NCBI GenBank assembly: GCA_963789955.1
Contig: CAWBMV010000034.1
Location: forward strand, 1,056,001-1,120,000
Length of the DNA: 64,000 nucleotides
Source of the DNA: an uncultured Candidatus Rokubacteria bacterium
Lineage (GTDB): Bacteria; Methylomirabilota; Methylomirabilia; Rokubacteriales; CSP1-6
Direction of reading: 5' to 3'
Shown here one piece after another: positions 9,226 to 19,833 of the stretch. The stretch's first letter is position 1. Each line of letters starts with the position of its first letter. A program made the translations under genes and the position numbers. Under the pieces are notes generated by a model. The model was not told the DNA's origin, made no database searches, and saw nothing but the letters and a program-made list of their open reading frames with translations.

Positions 9226-9240
9226 TGGCAGGCTGCTTGC
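9226..9240 (+). promoter_or_regulatory. sigma54 (-24/-12) promoter
   Basis: TGGCAGGCTGCTTGC, GG-N10-GC, upstream of the GGAGG RBS and ATG 9301. Confidence 0.7.
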
Positions 9241-9300
9241 TCCTAGCAGAGGTTGGCGCACTCGGCGGGAGCTCTGCGGTGAGCGCGCCGGGAGGCAGTC

Positions 9301-9750
9301 ATGCTGAGTCGAGGTCGTGTTGCCGGCTTTGCGTGGGGATTCCTTGCCGTGGCCGCCGTGGCGGGCTGTGCGACTCAACGTAGCGCCGTCGCGGATAGCG
9401 CCTCGATCGCGGGCGTCTGGGAAGGCGAAGTGTGGGAGATGCCTACGCACTACATCCAGGGTGTCCGCCGCATCACGTTGAACGTCAACAAGGACGGCTC
9501 GTGGACGGCGACGAGCGCCGGAGCCCAGTGTGCATCGGGCACCGCGTCGGTCTACGGCGGCCTGGTCGTGCTCGCCGGAACGCGGACGGGCCCGGATTAC
9601 TGCATGCCGTATTCGCTCGCGTCGAAGGACGGGCGCATGAAGGCCGTGTTCGACACCTCGTTCAAGGCGCGTGAGACGTCGGCGATGATCGATCTCAAGC
9701 GCGTCCAGGAGCCGCTGCCCGCGGCGGCGCAGGCGCCGACCCAGCCCTAG
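9301..9750 (+). CDS. Hypothetical lipoprotein
   Basis: GGAGG RBS, lipobox VAGC, beta-rich mature part (IAGVWEGEV). Confidence 0.75.
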   Translation: MLSRGRVAGFAWGFLAVAAVAGCATQRSAVADSASIAGVWEGEVWEMPTHYIQGVRRITLNVNKDGSWTATSAGAQCASGTASVYGGLVVLAGTRTGPDYCMPYSLASKDGRMKAVFDTSFKARETSAMIDLKRVQEPLPAAAQAPTQP

Positions 9751-9874
9751 CGCTCGATCGAGCAGCCGCCAGGCCGAGCACGCTCCGCCGAGGCGGCAGG
9801 TCATCGCCTCGGCGTCGACATCATTCTCGGTCGCCTCGCGTCGCCTGCCGTAGAATGCCTAGCGGTCACGACGA

Positions 9875-11377
9875 ATGGTTTCCCGCCGAGAGGAAGCGCT
9901 CATCTCTACTGCGCCCGCAAGGCTCACACGCCGCGAATTCGGCGGCGGACTCGTCGCGACGCTGGCCGTTCTGGGCGGTGGCTGCGCGACCATCTCGCCC
10001 AGCGAGGAGCGCAAGCTCGGGGAGGAGGCCGCCGAAGAGGTCGAGCGCACGGTCGGGCTCGTCAGCGATCCAAAGCTCGTCGGCTACGTCCGGCAGGTGG
10101 CCGGCCGGATCGCGGCGGCGGCGAAGCGCCCCGACGTGACCTGGGAGTTCAACGTGACGGACGACGTCGAGCCGAACGCGTTCGCGCTTCCCGGCGGGTA
10201 CGTCTACGTCACACGCGGGCTGGTCGCGCTCCTCAACAGCGAGGACGAGCTGGCCGGCGTGCTCGGCCACGAGATGGCGCACGTGCTGGAGCGCCACGCC
10301 GCGCGCCGCGCCGGCGCCGCGACCCCGTTCGCGCTGCTCTTCGGGGTGCCCGCGGGAATCCTCGGCGCGATCAGCCCGACGCTCGGCGGCATCATCGGAG
10401 GCACGGGAGAGCTCGCCTCGGGAATGGTCCTGGCGTCCTACAGTCGCGACCAGGAGCGTGACGCCGACCAGCGCGGCATCGGGCTGGCCGCCCGCGCCGG
10501 CTGGGACCCTGCCGGCCTCGCCAGCTTTCTCCACACGCTCCAGCGCGAAGAAGCGCTGACCGGCCACGACCCGAATCGTCCCGGCTTCTTCGCGACGCAC
10601 CCGGCCACCCCCGAACGGGTCGGGAACGTGCGCTCGGCCGCGCGCGCGCAGACGCGGGCGCCCGCGACGCCGATCGCCGGCACGCGCGGCGCGTTCCTGC
10701 GAAAGCTGGAAGGGCTCGTGGTGGGCGACAACCCGGCGTCCGGCGTGTTCCTGGGGTCGGTCTTCGTGCATCCCGGCTTCGACGTGGCGCTCGAGATGCC
10801 GGCGAAGTGGAAGACCATCAATACCGCCGAAGCGGCCGGCGCGGTCGCGCCCGACGGCGATGCGGCCGTCGTCCTCAGCCTCACCGGCCCTGGCGACGAT
10901 CCGATCGCCGCGGCTCGGGCCGACGGCCTTTCCGAGGCGCAGATGAAGCAGCTGCAGCGCACGCGCGTCTCGTCGCTTCCGGCGGCGCGGCTGGTCGCCG
11001 ACACGCGCGGCGGGCAGCGGGCCGTGCTCACCTGGATCGCGCATCGCCAGCGTGTGTTCCGCGTGACGGCCGTGGCGCGCGTGCGCGACTGGGGGCGCTA
11101 TGGCTCGGTCCTCGAACGAACCGCGGGAACCTTCCGGCCGATGCTCTTGAGTGATTACGAGCGGCTCGTCGAGAGCCGGCTGCGCGTCCGTGCGGCGGTC
11201 GCCGGCGAAACCGTCGCCGAGGTGCTCGCGCGGGGCGGGGGAGCCTGGAACGCGGCGCAGATGGCGGTGGCGAACGGAGTCACGCCCGACGCGAAGCTCG
11301 AGCCGGGCTGGCCGGTGAAGGTGCCCGTCTCCCGGCGCTACGACGGAAGTCGGGGTGAGGCGATGAGCGGCACGTGA
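9875..11377 (+). CDS. M48 family Zn metalloprotease, putative Tat lipoprotein with LysM-like tail
   Basis: PNAFALPGG, LGHEMAH (HExxH), YSRDQERDAD, THP; TRREF twin-Arg motif followed by GGGC. Confidence 0.9.
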   Translation: MVSRREEALISTAPARLTRREFGGGLVATLAVLGGGCATISPSEERKLGEEAAEEVERTVGLVSDPKLVGYVRQVAGRIAAAAKRPDVTWEFNVTDDVEPNAFALPGGYVYVTRGLVALLNSEDELAGVLGHEMAHVLERHAARRAGAATPFALLFGVPAGILGAISPTLGGIIGGTGELASGMVLASYSRDQERDADQRGIGLAARAGWDPAGLASFLHTLQREEALTGHDPNRPGFFATHPATPERVGNVRSAARAQTRAPATPIAGTRGAFLRKLEGLVVGDNPASGVFLGSVFVHPGFDVALEMPAKWKTINTAEAAGAVAPDGDAAVVLSLTGPGDDPIAAARADGLSEAQMKQLQRTRVSSLPAARLVADTRGGQRAVLTWIAHRQRVFRVTAVARVRDWGRYGSVLERTAGTFRPMLLSDYERLVESRLRVRAAVAGETVAEVLARGGGAWNAAQMAVANGVTPDAKLEPGWPVKVPVSRRYDGSRGEAMSGT

Positions 11378-12077
11378 GCGTCATGCCAGGGCGCGCCACG
11401 TTCGCTCCCGGCCGCTTCCGTCTGCTTCTGGTGTCGCTGCTCGCGTTCATCGTCGGGACCGGCGGGGTCCCGGCGAGGCAGGCCGGGCGATCTCACCGAG
11501 TTCTTCCTTCTCGCGATGACGCTCACCGTCGCCGTCGTCGATCTGCGCGCGCACGGAGAGCACCGCTTCGTCCCCATCGCCGTGGCGGTATCCGTGATCT
11601 TCGTGAGCGTGGTGGACTACGCCGTGCGGCTCCGGCACCTGCCGTTGATCGCTAGCGCCGTCGTCGCCGTCTTCGCCGGGATCGGTGATCTGGCTCACCT
11701 ACGACGTCGGTGATGCGCCCGGACAGGCCGGTCGGCGACCGTATCGTCGGCGCGATTTGCGTCTACCTCATGATCGGGCTCGGCTGCGCAGCGTGTACGA
11801 GACGCTCGACGGCGTGATGCCGGGCTCGTTCCGCTTTCCCGCCGACACCGCCTGGAGCAGCACCGAGCACACTCCGCTACCGCTATTTTTCGTTCGTGAC
11901 GCTCGCGACCCTCGGCTACGGCGACGTGACCCCGGTGATCGGCGCTCGATGGGGACCCTGGCGTCGATGGAGGCCATCGCCGGCCAGCTCTACGTCGCGA
12001 TCACCGTCGCCCGCCTCGTCGCGCTCTCGATCGTTGATCGCGCCGACGCGGACCGGAGGCCGAAATCCGACGTCTGA
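11374..12077 (+). CDS. Potassium-channel family (Ion_trans_2) membrane protein, several frameshifts
   Basis: Selectivity filter VTLATLGYGDVTP and EAIAGQLYVAITVARLV; N-terminal TM segments spread over several frames. Confidence 0.75.
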
Positions 12078-12170
12078 GCCGTCGGTTCGCGTGGCGTACG
12101 GGAGCAGGACCGCTCTAGGGTCAAGCGTCGATTTCGAAGACGGAGAGCTCAAACCGGAAGGAGAGCGACG

Positions 12171-12294
12171 GTGGACGAGAACTCGAGCGACGACGAGCCC
12201 CGGCCTCGGGGCGCGCTCATTCTCATCCTGATCTATCTGCGCGCTCCTGGCGGCGTTCTGGCTCAATACCTACCTGCGCATCTGGAGGAGCTGA
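12171..12294 (+). CDS. ba3-type cytochrome oxidase subunit IIa (single TM, one frameshift)
   Basis: Removing one base near 12240 gives MDENSSDDEPRPRGALILILIYLALLAAFWLNTYLRIWRS*; lies directly before subunit II. Confidence 0.65.
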
Positions 12295-12297
12295 GCC

Positions 12298-12793
12298 ATG
12301 GCGACGGGCCGACCCTCGACGGTGTACCTCTGGGAGCTCGCCTGGATCCTGCCGAGCATCGCCCTGCCGGTCGGCATGCTCGCGGCGCTCGCCGTGACCG
12401 CGTTCGGCGCCGGCATCAACGTCGCGGGTGATCAAGGCCGAGTCGACCCGACGAAGGTCGCCGAGCACGCGCTCTTCAAGGATCCCGGCGTCGGCCGAGA
12501 TCGCGCCGGGACAGTACGAAGTCCGGATGACCAGTCAGATCTGGGCGTTCGCGCCGGCCGAGATTCGCGTGCCGGCCGGCTCCACGGTCCACTTCTGGGC
12601 GACCAGCAAGGATCTGGTCCACGGGCTCTTCGTCCCGCGCCACAACGTCAACGTGATGCTGCTGCCCGGGCAGATCGCGCACGCCCAGGCGCGCTTCGAC
12701 ACGCCGGGCGAGTATCCGATCATCTGCCACGAGTACTGTGGCATCGCCCACCACACGATGGCGGGCAAGATCATCGTCGAGGCCAGGCGATGA
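12298..12793 (+). CDS. cbaB: ba3-type cytochrome c oxidase subunit II (CuA), frameshift near 12490
   Basis: Single N-terminal TM; SKDLVHG and CHEYCGIAHHTM CuA ligands. Confidence 0.9.
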
Positions 12794-14417
12794 CCCGGGT
12801 CGAAGAGCGCCTCGCCGCGGCGAACGTCATCGTCGCCCTCGTCGCGCTCTTCGGCGGCGTGGTGACCGGGCTCTTCCAGGCTCTGGAGTACGCGGGCGTC
12901 GAGATCTACCCCTTGCTGGCGCCGGTGATCCGCTCCCACTACCACAGCGTCACGATGCACGGCGTGCTCAACGTCCTCGTGTTCACGACGTTCTTCATCT
13001 GCGGCTTCCTGCCCTTCATCTTCAGCCGGTCGCTGCAGGCGCCGCTGGCGAGCGCGCGCCTGGGCTGGGTCACCTTCTGGGTCATGGTGGCGGGCCTCGT
13101 GCTGGCGGCGATTCCGCTGGTCGGCAACGCGGCGACGGTCATGTTCACGTTCTATCCGCCGCTCAAGGCGCACTGGGCCTTCTATATCGGGCTGACGCTC
13201 GTCGTCGTGGGCACCTGGCTGGTCACCCTGAATCTCGTGCTCACGTGGCGCGCCTGGCGCGCGCGCAATCCCGGACGACGGACGCCGCTGGCGGCGTTCA
13301 TGTCGCTCGTCACGTTCGCGATGTGGACGATCGCGTCGATCGGCCTCGCGGCCGAGATGCTCGCTGCTCCTCATCCCGTGGTCGCTCGGGCTCGTCGGCG
13401 GAACCGACGCGCTGCTGGCGCGGACGCTCTTCTGGTTCACCGGCCACCCGATCGTCTACTTCTGGCTCCTGCCCGCGTACGTCTCGTGGTACACGCTGGT
13501 GCCGCGGCAGGCCGGCGGCAAGCTCTTCAGCGATCCGATGGCGCGGACCTCGTTCATCTTGTTCCTGATCCTCTCCACGCCGATCGGCATCCACCACCAG
13601 TACGCGGATCCCGGCATCCATCAGGCCTGGAAGCTCCTGCACGCCCTCCTGACCTTCGCGGTCTTCTTTCCGAGCCTGCTGACGTTCTTCAATGTCACCG
13701 CCTCGCTCGAGACGGCCGGACGGGCGCGCGGCGGCCGGGGATGGCTCAGCTGGTTCACGAAGCTCCCGTGGGCCGATCCCTCGGTCGCGGCGCAGGTGCT
13801 GGCGATGGTGCTGTTCGCGTTCGGCGGGATCGGCGGCCTGATCAACGCGTCCTTCAACGTGAACATGGTCGTGCACAACACGGCGTACATCGTCGGCCAC
13901 CTCCACCTCACGGTCGGGACGGCGGTCGCGCTGACCTTCATGGGGATCAGCTACTGGCTGGTGCCGCACCTCGCGGGGCGCGCGCTGTTCAGCCGGCGCT
14001 CGCGCTCGCGCAGGTCTGGCTCTGGTTCGGCGGCATGCTGATCTTCTCGCCGACCCTGCACGAGCTCGGGCTGCGCGGCATGCCGCGCCGGACCATGATC
14101 GGCCACGTCTCGTACATGCAGCCGGAGTGGAAGACCTTGCTGCCGCTGGTGGGGATCGGCGGCGCGATCCTCTTCGTGAGCGCGATCTCTTCTTCCTCAA
14201 CATGATCCTCACGGCGACGGTCTCGCGACGCGTCCCGCAGCCGGTTCCCGAATTCGCCGACACGGTGTCCGGACCGGATCACGCGCCCGCGTTCGTGGAT
14301 CGCTGGCAGCCCTGGCTCGCGGCGGCCGTCATCCTCATCGTGATCGCCTACGGGCCGACCCTGGTTCGGCTCGCCGTCACGACGCCGCTGACGACGCCGG
14401 GTCTTCGAGTCTGGTAA
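12790..14417 (+). CDS. cbaA: B-family (ba3) heme-copper oxygen reductase subunit I, frameshifted
   Basis: TMHGVLN, MFTFYPPL, WFTGHPIVYFW (His-Tyr), GIHHQY, VVHNT..VGHLHLTVG, GMPRR. Confidence 0.9.
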
Positions 14418-14480
14418 GCCTTCGATACGACCAAGGTCGCATAGGCACACGTACACGATCGCGAGTATCGTCGGGCCGCG

Positions 14481-14888
14481 ATGAAGGTCTTGCGGGTCGG
14501 ATTGTCCGCGCTCTTGCTGCTGGCCGCTGCGGTCGCTGTCGCCGGCGCCGCGCCACCATACGACGGCTCGAAGCCGATGCAATGCTCGATCGAGACCGTG
14601 ATGGTGTGCAGCGATCCCAACGTCTGCGTGCGCGGATCCGCGGCGACCGTCAACCTGCCGCCGGTCCTCAACGTCGACGTCGGGAAGCGTCTGATCAGCG
14701 GGGCCGCGACCGGCCGCACCATCAAGATCGCCTGGGTCAACAACGACGGCGGGCGGCTCCTCGTCGGTGGAACGGAGCTGGCCGGCGGCTGGACGATGTC
14801 GGTCGCCGCGGAATCGGGCGTGATGTCGAGTGCCGTCATCGTCCGCAGCGGCGGTTTTCTCCTGTTCGGCACCTGTTCGGCGAACTGA
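14481..14888 (+). CDS. Hypothetical secreted protein with 4 Cys
   Basis: Signal peptide; codon usage like neighbouring genes. Confidence 0.75.
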   Translation: MKVLRVGLSALLLLAAAVAVAGAAPPYDGSKPMQCSIETVMVCSDPNVCVRGSAATVNLPPVLNVDVGKRLISGAATGRTIKIAWVNNDGGRLLVGGTELAGGWTMSVAAESGVMSSAVIVRSGGFLLFGTCSAN

Positions 14889-14948
14889 TCGAGCGCGGTC
14901 AGCGCGGACAGCCCGCAGAAACCTTCCAGTCCGCAGTCGAGGTGAGCC

Positions 14949-15815
14949 ATGAGCATGCTCAGGACCGTTGCGTTGGCGATCGTGCTGGTCTGCGTGGTCC
15001 CGGCTCCGGCGCCGGCCCAAGATCTACAGGGCACCCTGAAGAAGATCAAGGACAGCGGGACGATCGTCATCGGGTATCGCGAGCAGTCCCTGCCGTTCTC
15101 GTTCCGCGGCGACGACGGCAAGCCCACCGGCTATTCGATCGACCTCTGCCAGCGGATCGTGACGGGTGTCCAGCAGCAGCTCAAGCTGCCGAAGCTCGAC
15201 GTGAAGTGGGTGGCGGTGACGGTCGACACCCGGATTACGGCGGTCGTCAACGGGACGATCGACCTCGAGTGCGGCTCGACGACGAGCTCACTCGGCCGCC
15301 AGGAGCAGGTCGACTTCAGCAACATGACCTTCGTCGACGGCGGCAGCCTTCTCGTCAAGACGACCAGCAACTTCGCCACGTTTCAGGATCTCGGCGGCAA
15401 GAAGATCGGCATCATTCCCGGCACCACCACCGACGGAGCGCTGCGCACGGTGCTCCAGAAGACGTCCGTCACCGCGACGATCGTTCCGGTGACGGACCAC
15501 CTCGGAGGTCTGGCGGCGCTGGAGAGCGGGAGCATCGACGCGTATGCATCCGATCGCGTCATTCTCATCGGGCTCGCGGCGACCGCCAAGAACCCGGGGC
15601 AGTTCGCGATCGCCGAGCATTATCTATCCTATGAGCCCTACGGCTTCATGATGCGGCGCGGAGACGCGCCGTTCAGGCTGGCCGTCAACCGCGTCCTGTC
15701 CAGCCTCTACCGGTCGGGTGAGATCGTACAGATCTACGGCCGCTGGTTCGGCAAGCTCGGTCCTCCACCGAAGATCCTGATCGCGATGTACGCGCTGTAC
15801 GCGCTGCCCGAATAG
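14949..15815 (+). CDS. Glutamate/aspartate-type ABC substrate-binding protein (GltI-like)
   Basis: GTLKKIKDSGTIVIGYRE, GYSIDLC, IDLECGSTT, R.EQVDFS, EPYG. Confidence 0.9.
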   Translation: MSMLRTVALAIVLVCVVPAPAPAQDLQGTLKKIKDSGTIVIGYREQSLPFSFRGDDGKPTGYSIDLCQRIVTGVQQQLKLPKLDVKWVAVTVDTRITAVVNGTIDLECGSTTSSLGRQEQVDFSNMTFVDGGSLLVKTTSNFATFQDLGGKKIGIIPGTTTDGALRTVLQKTSVTATIVPVTDHLGGLAALESGSIDAYASDRVILIGLAATAKNPGQFAIAEHYLSYEPYGFMMRRGDAPFRLAVNRVLSSLYRSGEIVQIYGRWFGKLGPPPKILIAMYALYALPE

Positions 15816-15862
15816 CCGTCGTCGGGCCGGATCGCGGCGGCGCGCGGTCCGACGGCGGACCG

Positions 15863-18241
15863 CTACGGACGAGAAGACGCGGCCGGCGCCGGTGTGCGCA
15901 TGGGCACCACGATCTCGACCAGCTCGTCCGGCCGCCCGGCCTTCAGGGCGCCAGCCCGGCGACGCCTGCAGATCGCTCCATCGCAGGCGGCCGTGGACAC
16001 CCCACGGGAGCATCCTCACACGACCGGCCGAGGGCTCGACGCGTACCTCGACGAAGCTCTGGAAGAACGGCGCCACGTTGTAGTCGAAGGCCGCCGACAG
16101 CCACTCGACGGAGAACGGCCAGGCTCCGAACTGCTTGGTCCACACCCAGAACGGCCACTTCCAGCCTGGGGTGTGTGAAAGTCGATCTTCGCGGTCAGAG
16201 CCGCGGTGCTCGGGTGAAACGCCCACTGCGGCACGGCGGGTGAAGCCGGCCACGCCAGCGCCGTCCCCGACGAGAGGTAGGCGCCCCCGCCGCCGTTGAC
16301 CACGTGGTACATCACGCGGTCCGCTCCCTCGGCCTGATAACGCTCGACGTAGAGCTCGAGGTCGTGCGTGTCGCCGGCCATCACGATCTCGACCCTGAAC
16401 TCGTGCATGAGCTCGTGGAGAACGGTGAAGTCCGGATCGCCGGCGGCCTGGTAGTTCCCGCCCGCATACAGCGGATGTCCGAGGATCGACCATCGTGAAC
16501 TTGCCGCGCGATTGCTCGAGCGCCGCGCGGAGCCACGCGAGCTGATCGGCATCGACGCGCCGGAGCACGCCGGTGTCGACCGCGATGAGCGCGAAGCGAT
16601 CGGTCTGGATCTGGAAGTAAGGCGCGCGCTGGAACCCGGTGGGCATCCCATACTCGCGTCGGAGGCGCGCGGCCTCACCGATCAGCCACCCGATGCGATC
16701 GTCGGTCGTGCTGGTGAGCCGGTTGTCGGCCTCGACCCGCGCGCGCATGGCGACCCTGGCGGCCTCGGGCGTGAAGAACGTCGCCACGAAGCCTTCGAGG
16801 GCGTCGTACCAGTCATGGTTGCCCGGGATCGCGTAGACGGGCTTGTCGAATCCCTTGAACGGCAGCCAGAAGTTCGCCTCGTAGTCCTTCATCGCCCCGG
16901 TCGGATAGATGACATCGGACGAGATGACCATGAAGCGCACGTCGGCGGAGTGCCGGCCCGGATGATCTGATCGCGCAGGACGTGCTGCGAGGCGTCGCCC
17001 TCGCCCGGGTCGCCGATCACCAGGAACGCGAAGTCTCCGCCGGTTCCCGGCGGCTCGATCGCGAGCGCGCCGGCGGATCCGCTGCGGCGCCGTCGAGGCA
17101 AGGACCGCACGCGTCATCGCGACACGCCAGGTGTCGGTCCGGTGCTCGGCCCAGGAGTTGTAGACACTGGCCGCCCAGTTCTCGGAGTTGAAGTACCAGC
17201 TCATCCCCCAGATCGGGACCGTCGCCACGAAGACCGCGACGACCGGCAGGCCCATCTGCACGCCGCGCTCGATGACGAACGGCAAGGAGTCGCGCATCTG
17301 ATGGAAGCGGATCCAGATCCGGAGGCTCCGGACGAGATAGCGCCGAAGCAGTCGGTCGAGGAGCCGCGGCGACGGCTCGACGGAGCTCGCAACGAGCCGG
17401 GCCCACCCCCGGCGCTCCAGCGGCCACGTGGCACGCCGCAGCGCGAGTCGGTGGGGCCCATCACGCCGAGGGCCAGGAGCATGGCCGCCACGAGATCGCC
17501 CAGCACCGCGAAGACCGGCGCGACCAGACCCACGATGGTCCACTCGGCTTCCATGCGACCGACGTGGGTGGCGAAGAGGATGGCCACGATCGCGGCGATC
17601 CAGCGCCGGTCGTAGGGCCGGCGCGCCGTCTCCTCTCGAGTCAGACGCTCGCCGAGTCGGATCAGATCGGGACTGTCCGGTAAGTCAAAGCTCTGCATCA
17701 GGGTCGCGGCGTCGCGGGAGGGCGGCGGCGACGTGACCATGTTCCATCCCACCCCGACGATGCGCAGCGCGCCGGCGATCGCGATGGCCCACAGGGTGGT
17801 GCGTCTCCACAGCAGCGAGGAGGAAGATGGCCATCGCGACGTCGCCGGCGATGGCCAGGGCGATCATCAGTCGTCGTTCGACGATCCTGACCGCGGCGGA
17901 GCTCGACGGCCCGCTGCACGGCGTCGATCACGAACGACGCGCCGAGCAGCCACGTCAACGCGGTCTCGGCCAGCGCCGGCGCGCTGACGACCAGCAAGCC
18001 CCATCAGAAAGGTGAGGCCGGCGCTCGAATACGCCGATCGCTGGATGTCCTCGCGGACGCGCCGGAACGCGTGCAGCGCTTCGAGCAGGCCCGCGATCAT
18101 CAGCAGCGTCCCGACGAGTCGCAGGGCGCCCGGCCCCACGAGGAGCGGCGCGGCGGCGGCGAGCCCCGCGAGCACGAGCGCGAAGGTTCCGAGGCCGAAC
18201 CGCTCGCGCTGGACCTCTTGCGGGGAGAGCGAAGCGGTCAA
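15863..18241 (-). CDS. Membrane protein: HdeD/DUF308-like N-terminus fused to a calcineurin-like metallophosphoesterase; several frameshifts
   Basis: IGDPGEGD, SSDVIYP, IPGNHDWYD, LGHPLY, AGDTHD; hydrophobic N-terminal hairpins (G.LLMIAGLLEALHAF); stop TAG at 15863-15865. Confidence 0.75.
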
Positions 18242-18254
18242 CGGCTCACGGCGG

Positions 18255-19423
18255 TCACGGTCGGGCCCAGGCGCTGCCGACCTGGATGTAGACCGCGGTG
18301 TTATCCGGGGCGAACGCGAGATCGATGCCCATGTGAATGCCGTACTTGCGCGCGATCTCGTAGCGAACGCCGAAGCCGCCGGTCACGATCGTCTGCGTAT
18401 TGTGCAGTCGTTCGAAGTCGTTCCACGCCGCGCCGAAGCCGGCGAAGCCCACCGCGCTGAAGCGATTCCAGAACTGCCAGCGGAGCTCGGCCTCGATCTG
18501 CGCCACCTCGTCGCCCTGATAGCGCATGATCGGCGCGCCGCGGAGCGTGATGAAGGGCCGCAGATAGAACGGCGCGTCGCCGAAGATCGCCGCGCCGTCG
18601 GCGCGGAGCCCGAGATAGAGCGTGCGGAGCAACGGGACGTACTGGATCGCGATCAGCTGCACGCGCTGAAACTCGTCGTCCGCGCCCAGCGCGGGGTCGA
18701 ACACACCCACCAGGGCCTCGACGAACGTGCCCCGAAGCGGCGTGAACAGGTTGTCTCGCGTGTCGTAGGTGAAGGACGGCGTCAGCCCGCCCACGTTTGA
18801 ATCGCGCGTGAAATCCGGCAGCCCCGGCGTTCCGGCGGGCGCGTCGAACGTGACGCGCGTCACGGCGAAGGCGTACCCGAGACCTGCCCAGAAGGTCGAG
18901 TCGCCCAGCCGGTACTTGGCCCGCACGACCCCGCCGGTGGGCTCGAGGTTGTACCGAAGAGGGTGGTCGTCCAGTCGCGCGTCCTGACCGATGCCGTGGA
19001 AGTCGAGATTGGCCGACATATGGGTGAACCCCACCTGCGTCTCGAGCCGGTCATCGAACCAATGTCGCACGTCGCCGACCAGAACGCCCCACGAGCCATT
19101 CTCGGTTCCGAGTCCCCCGCGATCGTGATGTCCGGCCGGCCGAAGCCTGCTCGTGCCTCTCCCAGCGGCCGGCTGAGAAACGCCAGCCCCACGGCCGCGC
19201 CGTACCCGACGGCGGGCTCCGTGATCGGAATGAGGACCGGAAGAAATCCGTACTTCTCGTCGAGGAAGCCACTCACGTCGGGCCATCCGTCGTCCGCGGA
19301 GCGAAACTTCGACGGCGCCGGCGTCGTGTCCGAAGGTTTCTCGATGGTCATCTGCGCCGCGGCCGGCGATGCGCACAAGGTCAGGGCGGCGATCAAGGTC
19401 GAGATCGCGTGAATGGCCCGCAT
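18255..19423 (-). CDS. Omp85/BamA-TamA-like beta-barrel outer-membrane protein, apparently without POTRA domains (frameshift near 19120)
   Basis: Signal peptide, IPITEPAVGYG, YDTRDNLFTPLRG, LRG..IMRYQG, GFGVRY, terminal YIQVGSAW. Confidence 0.8.
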
Positions 19424-19833
19424 CGAGTGGACGACCGCTTGCCTTACCTTTCGTGTCCCGCGAAGCCCATCGGCCGACGCGTTCATGAATTAGCGTACAG
19501 ATCCACCCCCCGCGGCGTGGCGCGTTCAACGCGAGGATTTTACCGCCTGAGACTGGATCGGCCTGACGCTCTATAAGGCGTATGTCCCTAGGACTACGGT
19601 CGCAGTCGCCGCGCTCGGGTGAGGCGAATCGGGTCGCCGAACCGATTTTCGGCCCCGCGGCGGCAAAGGGTCGATCGGCTCTCGCGGCGCTGTCCCGCGA
19701 TCGCGAACGGCTCCGTCTCGGGGATGAGCCCAAGGTCGCATATCCACACGGCGAACTTGAAGTTAAAAGGGGCGGCGGGGCAGGCGAACGGTCGGCAACG
19801 ACGGTCGCTCCGCGACGAAGGAGGCCACCACGA

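Noticed and set aside
12298..14205. Apparent oxidase subunit II-subunit I fusion (635 aa ORF)
   Set aside because: Caused by the indel near 12490; subunit II has its own stop overlapping the subunit I ATG.
12790..14417. NO-reductase-like variant of the B family
   Set aside because: The cross-linking Tyr (HPIVY) is present.
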